Source: a virus (Duplodnaviria; Caudoviricetes). From it: a stretch of 31,960 nucleotides of DNA. The notes under the pieces were generated by a model, which saw nothing but the letters and a program-made list of their open reading frames with translations, had not been told where the DNA came from and did no database searches. The translations under genes and the position numbers were made by a program. Numbering within the stretch: the first letter of the stretch is position 1; the number at the start of each line of letters is the position of its first letter. Below, piece by piece: positions 6,823 to 14,589 of this stretch. The DNA is taken from positions 1 through 31,960 of IMG/VR virus record IMGVR_UViG_3300025168_000363, one strand, 5' to 3'.

Positions 6823-7404
6823 ATGGCATTACAATACAGAGGTCTTGACGAAGATTTTAGAGAAAAGTTGGAGGACCTAGATCCCAAGGAGAGGTTAATT
6901 AGGGCACCAGAAACTTCTTATTTGGGACTTAAGCCTGGAGACCTAATTCAGTTTAGGTATGTGACAGAGTCTAAAAATACAGTGTATCAAGGTCTTGTTG
7001 TTTCAACTAGAAGCTCAGGATCCCGAGGATACAGATTTGCTCGAACCACTTACAACACCATTTTACAGGTTCTTACACTAGATTCATTAAGTGACCAGTT
7101 ACTACAATTCGTTATAAATAACTTGTACAAGAATAGAATTTTATCCAGGTATCTGGCTATCAAGACCAGATCGAACACGAACGATCAAGTAATTGATTAT
7201 CGCTACGTTAAGAACTTGGGTAGAGACACGTCCGATGCGTCTGAAGAACTAAGAGAATCTACTATGTCCAGAAGACTTATGGGAAGAGAAAACAGAGCAG
7301 GCTTAGTAGGGGTATTGTCTTCTGGAAGTTTTAAAACTTTTAAAGTTACCGGTCTAAGTGATATTTATTCAATATCTTTACTTAATCCTGACACCGCACA
7401 ATAA
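6823..7404 (+). CDS. Hypothetical basic protein, weakly reminiscent of T4 gp2-type DNA end protector
   Basis: 193 aa, Arg-rich. 'LKPGDLIQFRY' resembles the PG-x-hydrophobic-x-F-x-Y motif of gp2-like proteins. The CDS is solid but the function is weak. Confidence 0.5.
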   Translation: MALQYRGLDEDFREKLEDLDPKERLIRAPETSYLGLKPGDLIQFRYVTESKNTVYQGLVVSTRSSGSRGYRFARTTYNTILQVLTLDSLSDQLLQFVINNLYKNRILSRYLAIKTRSNTNDQVIDYRYVKNLGRDTSDASEELRESTMSRRLMGRENRAGLVGVLSSGSFKTFKVTGLSDIYSISLLNPDTAQ

Positions 7405-7406
7405 TC

Positions 7407-9446
7407 ATGGCAAGAGACCCTGTTAGAGACCTTGCTGCACAGCAAGCCGCCACCCTAGCTAGAAATGCACAGCAGGACAATACTGATTCGCTACGTAATC
7501 TAGTTGACCCAATCACTCGTCTTTCTATTAACACGGGAGACCTTAGGAATGTTCAAAACGACAACTTAAGTGAAGCGAGGTATCTTCGCAATGCCACTCT
7601 TCAGCAGACTAACGTTGTTAACAAACTTAGTGAAAGCATTAAAAAGGCAGATAAAATTAATGTTAAAGCACTAGGGCAGAGTGTCACCCTAGAGAAGATG
7701 ATCAACAAGAACTCAGATGCTATCAACGATAGTAGCGTTGGGTATCTAAGGGCGGCAGAAGCATTTATTAATAACTTTGCCGCTGGTATTAGACGTACTG
7801 AGGGTGGTACTCTTCGATTAACTGAACAATTAATTTTAACAGGTCAAGATCAGAGAGGGTTTAGAGATGTAAATAAAAATTTACTTGGAGCAACTGGTAG
7901 GAATTATGCTGCTCTTAGTGAGTTCAATGATTCAATCATAGATTCCGCGAAAGCATATCAAACTTCTACTGGGGAATTGCTAAAAGGACTTTTGAAGCTC
8001 CAAGGAGATATTAATCAGTTCGCTTTGTTTGGACCAGAGGTAGCTGCAACCCTTAACACTGAATTTGGTAAGGTGCTAGCTGAGTTCCAAGGTTTGAACG
8101 AGGCTCAAATAGGGTCGTTTATGAAGTTGGGGCAAGGTGGTTTAGCTTCACGACCTACAAGAGAACTTCTGGGAGTACAAAACTTCTTTAACGATATGTC
8201 TAAAGGCGCAGTAGCTTCTGAAGACATTAGATCAAACATGATTTCTGCTGGTAATCAAATAGCTGCCTTGACCACTGGACAGGATTTTGATATCGCAATT
8301 GAGACTATCGCAGCAAAGTTTAGGATTAATCAAACGGACGCAGCAAACCTTGTTATGCTGAGTAGAACTCTTCAAGCTGGAGCAGATGTAGACACCAGCC
8401 TGCTAGCGACTAACGAGGAGATGGCAAAAACCCTTGAGACCCAAAAGGAATTATCTAATCGATACTACGAGAAAATAGCACCTCAAACACTCGCAGCAAC
8501 GACTAATCTCTTGATGCCGTTACTACAGATTTCTCAAGCTATGAACTTTTTTGCTGCTGCTCAGGGGTTCACGAAATCAGGTTTAAACTTAGCGGGGGGT
8601 TTAATTCCTAAGAATACCCCAAGTAAATTTAGTGGTCAGTATGCCTTAAAGCCAGACTTGCAAGATATCGCATTCAGAGTTAAAGATTTAAATAAAAAGA
8701 GTACAGGAGCCATTAAATCTTTAACACGAGCGTTCAAAGACAGGATGCCAAAAAACTTTGGAGCATTCCTCAGTTCACCTATGGGGATGGGGGCAGTGGG
8801 CATGGGTGGTCAGGTGGTTGGACAAGCATTGGGCGAAGAGTCCAAGAGTGGTCAACTCATAAATGCAGCGGGTCAACATCTTCAAAATGTTGCTATGGCT
8901 CGGATGATAATGCCAAATCTCAAACTTAGCAAGGGTCTCATGGTTGGCGGTACCGTGGCATCAGTCATTGCTGCGAGTATGCCGATGATAAAGGAAGGCT
9001 TAAAACTTGAAGATAAGAAAGGAGAATTTGACGCTGCTGATGGCATGGACATCGGAACCCGCATCGCGCAAGGAGTAGCCATGGGGTCCATGGGGTTTGG
9101 TGTTGCCGGAATGGTAGTAGGTGGAACTGCTGGAGCGTTATATGGCTTGTGGGAGGAGTACGTAGATGACTGGAGCAAGACATCCAAAAGCCAACTCGAT
9201 ATTCAAAAAGAAGAGCAAACACGGGCTAGAGCAGCACAAAAGATGCGAGAAACAGCTAATAGATCCGACTACGCATTAATGACTATCCTTGATGGTGTGA
9301 GAAGACAGCAGGATCAGCTATTGGCTAGTGATGGTAAAAAGGCTGCTAATCTTCTTGAGGAGATAAGAGACTTAATGGCAAAGAGAAACAGAGATGCTGC
9401 TCAGGCTGTAAATGGTCAACCTAAGGCTAACATGAATGGGAATTAA
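7407..9446 (+). CDS. Tail tape measure protein (putative)
   Basis: 679 aa, Ala/Gln/Leu-rich and helical. It has C-terminal Gly-zipper hydrophobic segments (GVAMGSMGFGVAGMVVGGTAGALYG) and a terminal 'LLEEIRDL' helix. It lies directly before the tube-initiator/LysM/hub/spike genes. Confidence 0.7.
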   Translation: MARDPVRDLAAQQAATLARNAQQDNTDSLRNLVDPITRLSINTGDLRNVQNDNLSEARYLRNATLQQTNVVNKLSESIKKADKINVKALGQSVTLEKMINKNSDAINDSSVGYLRAAEAFINNFAAGIRRTEGGTLRLTEQLILTGQDQRGFRDVNKNLLGATGRNYAALSEFNDSIIDSAKAYQTSTGELLKGLLKLQGDINQFALFGPEVAATLNTEFGKVLAEFQGLNEAQIGSFMKLGQGGLASRPTRELLGVQNFFNDMSKGAVASEDIRSNMISAGNQIAALTTGQDFDIAIETIAAKFRINQTDAANLVMLSRTLQAGADVDTSLLATNEEMAKTLETQKELSNRYYEKIAPQTLAATTNLLMPLLQISQAMNFFAAAQGFTKSGLNLAGGLIPKNTPSKFSGQYALKPDLQDIAFRVKDLNKKSTGAIKSLTRAFKDRMPKNFGAFLSSPMGMGAVGMGGQVVGQALGEESKSGQLINAAGQHLQNVAMARMIMPNLKLSKGLMVGGTVASVIAASMPMIKEGLKLEDKKGEFDAADGMDIGTRIAQGVAMGSMGFGVAGMVVGGTAGALYGLWEEYVDDWSKTSKSQLDIQKEEQTRARAAQKMRETANRSDYALMTILDGVRRQQDQLLASDGKKAANLLEEIRDLMAKRNRDAAQAVNGQPKANMNGN

Positions 9447-9448
9447 AT

Positions 9449-10396
9449 ATGAATAATAACATATACGAAGAAAATGGTAAGGCTTTGGTTAAGGCTAGAA
9501 GGCTTCAAGAGAGATCTTTTCTTCTCTTTGAATACTCTGGATCGAAAGATGAAGTTACTAGGGCACACTTACCTTTCCTTCAGAATATAAATATTAGCGA
9601 AGATGGTAAAGCTAACTTAGCAAGCTACAACTTGCTAGGTCGAGCGGGTCAGATATTTTCGTATGGAGGTGCTGATTCTAGAAAGCTTAAATTAGACTTT
9701 GAAATGAGTCTACTGCATCTTATTCATTTACAGGAAACAGAGGGATTTACTGAAAGGTTTAAAAGAGCTATTAAGAATAAGGATACCAATATTGAAAGAG
9801 ATAGGTTTATGGGTAAAAGTGCTCCTACGGCTCCTCATACCTATGGAGCCGAGGCGAGGGACTCATTTCTTAAATCTGTAGGGACTAGTAATCTCCTTAG
9901 AGTGGCTGACAACATCGTTAACACAGTCCTCGGCAAGTCGGTAGACGTTGATGAATATGGTGGTGGCCGAATGTCTGATGATACCATTAAAGCCGTTGAC
10001 TTAATGATGTACTGGACTAACTTGATAAGGTCTAGCGTACTCAATGACTCTAGGAATACGGTATATGGTCCTCCAATTGTGAGGCTTAATCATGGTCCAA
10101 TGTACATGAACTCCCCTTGCTTGGTGGAAGACTACAAAATATCTATAGATAAGGTTTCTAACTATGATCTTGAAACTCTTTTTCCACACACCATAAAAGT
10201 TTCTATGTCTTTGATTGAGTCTAGAACTGGTGACTTTGGAGATTATAAGAAGGGAGGTCTGATAGGCGGAGATAATCTAGCTGGTTGGGAGGCTATACTA
10301 GATAGCAACGTTCTTGATGCTATGAACTATAATCTTGAAGCCTACGATGATGACGGTGATGACGCTTCACTAGATGCATTTTTTGGAGCAAAATAA
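9449..10396 (+). CDS. Baseplate tail-tube initiator (CIS tube-like / P2 gpU / T4 gp48-54 analogue)
   Basis: Contains ISEDGKANLASYNLLGRAGQIFSYGGADSRKLKLDF and PPIVRLNHG...CLVEDYKIS...PHTIKVSMSLIE, a tube-fold pattern, in the canonical position after the tape measure. Confidence 0.72.
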   Translation: MNNNIYEENGKALVKARRLQERSFLLFEYSGSKDEVTRAHLPFLQNINISEDGKANLASYNLLGRAGQIFSYGGADSRKLKLDFEMSLLHLIHLQETEGFTERFKRAIKNKDTNIERDRFMGKSAPTAPHTYGAEARDSFLKSVGTSNLLRVADNIVNTVLGKSVDVDEYGGGRMSDDTIKAVDLMMYWTNLIRSSVLNDSRNTVYGPPIVRLNHGPMYMNSPCLVEDYKISIDKVSNYDLETLFPHTIKVSMSLIESRTGDFGDYKKGGLIGGDNLAGWEAILDSNVLDAMNYNLEAYDDDGDDASLDAFFGAK

Positions 10397-10399
10397 ATA

Positions 10400-10690
10400 A
10401 TGGCTTATAAAAATCACTTAAGAATAGGAGGCTATGTTGTAAAGCATAAGGGGAGAGATGTAGCGACTAATCTTGCCTCTTTAGAGTTTCGAGATTTCGT
10501 AAAAGGTCTTAATGACCAAGAATTCACAATCGGAAACATCCCGGCAGGGTATGAACATAGGGCAGACAAGATTTCAGATCTCTTTTATGGTACTCCTAAT
10601 TTAGACTGGATGATTTGTTGGGTCAATAATATAAACGATCCTTTTCAACAATTAAATGTTGGGGATAGAATAAAACTTATAAACTTATGA
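10400..10690 (+). CDS. Baseplate wedge LysM-like protein (T4 gp53 / P2 gpX-like)
   Basis: Contains RADKISDLFYGTPNLDWMICWVNNINDPFQQLNVGDRIKL, the characteristic gp53/gpX LysM-type motif. Confidence 0.85.
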   Translation: MAYKNHLRIGGYVVKHKGRDVATNLASLEFRDFVKGLNDQEFTIGNIPAGYEHRADKISDLFYGTPNLDWMICWVNNINDPFQQLNVGDRIKLINL

Positions 10691-13272
10691 TCACCCCTAA
10701 CATAATTGTAACAAAGAGATTTGATACTATGAAGCGTATCTTCTTTGGTCCTAAGTCTATGAGGGATGCGAGCTTTAATAGTTTAACTGCTGTTCTAGAG
10801 TCTAACGCTCTAGACGATGCAGACTCCTTAGTTTGCTCCCCAGGTAATAACCTTAATTTACTTGAAGCGGACTTAAACATACCACCGGGAGGTCAATCCA
10901 AAGGCTATCTAAACTTAAAATTTGTTGAGAACCAAGCGATCCTAGAATATTTTCTTCTTGATTTCGGTCCACTTGAAACACACTTTAACAGGATATACAG
11001 CTTGTATAGTAAAGCTGGAATACCTCTTCCCGAGATTACTTCAAAAATAAATAAATTCTATGTTGCTTTTGGTACGGGAGATAACTTAAACGAATGGGCT
11101 GGCCCTTTTGAAGTTTCATTAGGTGCCGCTAAAATAGAATTAAATAATAACGTAAAGAGTATTGACCTAGGATTTATTATGGGAAATCTGGAGTCTATTA
11201 ATTCCTATAATGAAAGGCTTCATAGAGTCTTAGGATTTGGGTTATCCGATAAACTGAATCCGGCCCTTCCTAAAGATACTATTATTAGGACGAATGTTGA
11301 TGTACCATTGGATCAAGGGTTAGGGTCCAAAAAAGGACCTAGGATTACTAAGAGAGATGCGGATAGGAAGAGGTGTAGAGTCCCTGCCTTTAGTTGGAAT
11401 CCTTATATCAGAGAACTCCTCAGAAGATACTTGGGTAAAGTGTTTGGCGACCCAGACTCTGTAATGATTGTCTTGGGGGAGGACATGGATAAGCTGCTTA
11501 ACTCCCATCTACAAAATTCTGAGAGCACAGATTTTTGTAGAAATTATCAAGGAAAGTTAAAAGAATTCGGTATAAATTTAAAACTACCATCTCCAAATCC
11601 ATCCTATAAAAGTTCTCCTACTACCTCGAATAAAGGTGAGAAGAAGGGTGGTCAAGAGGAAATTAAACTTAACGGACAAGATGTGAAAATAGACGGAAGT
11701 TTTAATATGAGTGAGCGTGAGAAGTCTCACGTTGGGTGGGGAAATAAGTATAAAGCTTATAAGGAGTATGACGAATATCACAAGCGTCAAGGACTTACTC
11801 AAGCAAATGCAGAAAATCCGCCGGATTACCTGGAGTTGTGGGATAAGAATTATTTACTCACTAAATGCTTTATTGACATGGAGTCAATTATAAAGGTAGA
11901 CCCCTCTGTAAAAACTCCGCCCGATATGTTAGATCCTATTTTTTCTTTTATCGGAGCACTAAGAAAATACCAAAGCAAGCCTACAGAATACGCTTTATTT
12001 GAACTTAATGATGTAGAAATTAACGATCTTATAAATCAAAGCGTAGGTGGACCTTACCATACTACTTCGACGAACAGATTAGTCTTTGGAGATATGGCAC
12101 TTATAAAGAGGCTTATATATGTATCTGATGAAGGTAATACCAAACTCTCAGATACCACTGCTTACAAGTTTACCTTTTCAAATAAGTATTTAGACGATAT
12201 TAATTGGGATAAGTATCAAGAAGATTTTAAAGAAACCATCATTTCTAGGGAAAGAAGTCAGACCTCGTCATTTAAAGAGAAACTAGACTTTGGACCTTTC
12301 ACTTCTTTATTTAAGGAAATTAAAGACCAGAAGGATATGATTTTCTTGCATGGCGTTAAGAACTCAAACGTACAGTCAGTAAGCTTCCAGAAAGACTTTG
12401 CTCAAGCGGAATTAATGAAGGTGGCAGTGAATGCTAAAAAGAGATCTCCCTTTATGAATAATTTTGTTAAACTGGCTGTGACTAACGATGACTTTAAGAT
12501 TGCAGCTTTGGTTAGGTACTTAGAGGGCCGAAAGATATTCACAGATGATATAAATACTTCAAAATTTAATTTAATTCGTTGGATAGAGGATGCTCAAAAA
12601 AGAGGAAGCAGAACGTATAAGCAACTTAAGATTTTGTCTGGTAGAAGTAATTCAAGAATAATCTCTCAAGGTTTGGAATCCAAAGACGTAAAGTTTAATG
12701 ACTACGTAGACCTTATTCTTGGATATCGAAATATTCTCAATTCATTTGAACAGACTGGTTTAAACATTGAGGTCCCCTACCTTTCAGACGCTAATACTGA
12801 TAACAACAGAATACTGGAAACGTATGCTGATCTTCTTGAAAAAATGCAAAGGCTTATCGTCAAGATTCAAATAAAAACTTTGCCGTTCTTTAATCAAAAA
12901 GCATACTTTAACAAAGATTGTTACTTTTTTAGCGTATACAATAATATACTTTCATCTTCTCGTAATCGTCAAGATAAAGTTCCTTCGACTTTTCTTAATG
13001 GTAGCTACAACATTCTAGGGGCAAGACACTTTATGAGTTATGATGATGCTTTCTCTGAGTTCGTATTATGTAAACCAGGAGGTCCAGGTAGCGATGACCC
13101 CGTCCTCGACCAAACTAGAAAGGTGCTATCTCAAAATGTTCCAAGTAAGGATTCAAGTTCATCAAAAGATCCTAAGATTACTTCTGATGGAGAGGCTACG
13201 AGACTGCCTAACGCTAATAGAAGGCAAGCAATAGCACAGAAAATACAATCTGGATCTGTGGATCCTAAATAA
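10687..13272 (+). CDS. Large baseplate hub protein (gp27 / P2 gpD / VgrG N-terminal analogue, putative)
   Basis: Located between the gp53-like and spike genes. The C-terminal 'KIQIKTLPFF...FLNGSYNILGARHFMS...SEFVL' matches the hub-type 'G-x-Y-x-I-x3-H' terminal motif. Confidence 0.6.
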   Translation: MITPNIIVTKRFDTMKRIFFGPKSMRDASFNSLTAVLESNALDDADSLVCSPGNNLNLLEADLNIPPGGQSKGYLNLKFVENQAILEYFLLDFGPLETHFNRIYSLYSKAGIPLPEITSKINKFYVAFGTGDNLNEWAGPFEVSLGAAKIELNNNVKSIDLGFIMGNLESINSYNERLHRVLGFGLSDKLNPALPKDTIIRTNVDVPLDQGLGSKKGPRITKRDADRKRCRVPAFSWNPYIRELLRRYLGKVFGDPDSVMIVLGEDMDKLLNSHLQNSESTDFCRNYQGKLKEFGINLKLPSPNPSYKSSPTTSNKGEKKGGQEEIKLNGQDVKIDGSFNMSEREKSHVGWGNKYKAYKEYDEYHKRQGLTQANAENPPDYLELWDKNYLLTKCFIDMESIIKVDPSVKTPPDMLDPIFSFIGALRKYQSKPTEYALFELNDVEINDLINQSVGGPYHTTSTNRLVFGDMALIKRLIYVSDEGNTKLSDTTAYKFTFSNKYLDDINWDKYQEDFKETIISRERSQTSSFKEKLDFGPFTSLFKEIKDQKDMIFLHGVKNSNVQSVSFQKDFAQAELMKVAVNAKKRSPFMNNFVKLAVTNDDFKIAALVRYLEGRKIFTDDINTSKFNLIRWIEDAQKRGSRTYKQLKILSGRSNSRIISQGLESKDVKFNDYVDLILGYRNILNSFEQTGLNIEVPYLSDANTDNNRILETYADLLEKMQRLIVKIQIKTLPFFNQKAYFNKDCYFFSVYNNILSSSRNRQDKVPSTFLNGSYNILGARHFMSYDDAFSEFVLCKPGGPGSDDPVLDQTRKVLSQNVPSKDSSSSKDPKITSDGEATRLPNANRRQAIAQKIQSGSVDPK

Positions 13273-13289
13273 GTCTATAATAAATTGTT

Positions 13290-14570
13290 ATGAAAGTTGT
13301 AAAAGGAATGGTAGTATCTGATGTTTCCCCAAGCGAAGATGGTTCGTTTTGGGTTGACGTAGGAAAGGGAGAGGCCACAAGAGTTGCTTACACTTCACCT
13401 AGTTACAATGTAAACAATGGAGGAATTTTTGCTCCTCCTGTAGTTGATGCTTACGTCCTATTGTTTGAGAACGAAGACCCACAGGACAACGAACCTACGC
13501 ATTACTATATGGCTACCATTGTGGACGATCCACCCTTGGATAAAGATAAGAGGATACCTGAATTTAAAGCTGTTAGAGCTACTGGCCCAGATGATCTTTA
13601 TGGTAGGGATAAACGTCCTAAAGCTTCAAGCCTAACAAATGGAGACGGCCAGGGGATAGTAACTCTTACCGACGTAACTAAGTATGGTAGAAAAAACTAT
13701 GTGGCTTTGGAGTCAGAAGTGGGTGCCTCCGTGTCTGTGGGTGAGAAGGGCTGTCAAATTGTTAATGAGCATAAAGATGGTATTGTAGTTCAGGGAGAAG
13801 ATAACGGATTATCCCCATCACGGAGTATCTCGATGACTACCGAGGGAGCCATCTTCCAGCAAGCTGGGTCAACCATGGGTTTTTTGGTAGGAAAAGGAGG
13901 TGCTGATATTAGTATTGCTAACCTCGCAGATACTGTTAACTTTGGTGGATGTGGAATAAGTGCCGGAAACATTAGAATATTTAGCGAAAATAAAGACATT
14001 ACTATTAAGACTGGATCTCCCGGCCTGATTCCTAACCCAGCCGCCACCCGTAACGTAAACATTATTGTACCTGGGGCAGAGATTCAGGTTAATGGTACGA
14101 CTGGGGGTATAACGATAAGAAGCATTGGTTTGGGTGGTTTAAATTTAGAAAGTGCCACCGCTATAAATCTCAACTCCCCTGCTGTGAATGTTAATGGCGT
14201 ATTAACCATGGCCGGTGCAGGAATGTCTATTAGCCCAGATACGTTCACAGTAGATATGAAATATGTTAATATTAAAGGTCAACTACAAGCAAACTTTCAA
14301 AGCGATCTTGCAACTAATGTAGGGGGTCTTAAGACTACAGTTCAAGGGGAATCTGTTAGGGTGCATAGCAAAACGCCTACCCCACCCGCCTTCACTTACA
14401 GGGGAACTGGACCCGTTGACCCGAAGGTGATCCCTGGCCCAGATGTCCTCATTCCTCCTGCCTCGTTAGCTCCCCTGCCATCGTTGAGCACCTCACCAGC
14501 TACATTAGGAATCCCTGGATTTCCAAGTGTGGTTGTTCCTAATACTTATGGGGACAGTCCTGTAATATAA
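13290..14570 (+). CDS. Baseplate central spike (T4 gp5 / P2 gpV-like; OB-fold plus beta-helix) with Pro-rich C-terminus
   Basis: N-terminal OB-fold-like 'GMVVSDV...YTSPSY...GGIFAPPVVDAYVLLF', followed by Gly/Ile/Asn-rich short beta repeats. No lysozyme domain is evident. Confidence 0.75.
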   Translation: MKVVKGMVVSDVSPSEDGSFWVDVGKGEATRVAYTSPSYNVNNGGIFAPPVVDAYVLLFENEDPQDNEPTHYYMATIVDDPPLDKDKRIPEFKAVRATGPDDLYGRDKRPKASSLTNGDGQGIVTLTDVTKYGRKNYVALESEVGASVSVGEKGCQIVNEHKDGIVVQGEDNGLSPSRSISMTTEGAIFQQAGSTMGFLVGKGGADISIANLADTVNFGGCGISAGNIRIFSENKDITIKTGSPGLIPNPAATRNVNIIVPGAEIQVNGTTGGITIRSIGLGGLNLESATAINLNSPAVNVNGVLTMAGAGMSISPDTFTVDMKYVNIKGQLQANFQSDLATNVGGLKTTVQGESVRVHSKTPTPPAFTYRGTGPVDPKVIPGPDVLIPPASLAPLPSLSTSPATLGIPGFPSVVVPNTYGDSPVI

Positions 14571-14572
14571 AA

Positions 14573-14579
14573 CTAAATA
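14573..14579 (+). promoter_or_regulatory. CTAAATA late-promoter-like variant
   Basis: Lies in the 19-nt intergenic gap, 10 nt before ATG 14590. The same heptamer occurs at 13265-13271 before the spike gene. Confidence 0.3.
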
Positions 14580-14589
14580 TACCTTAGAC

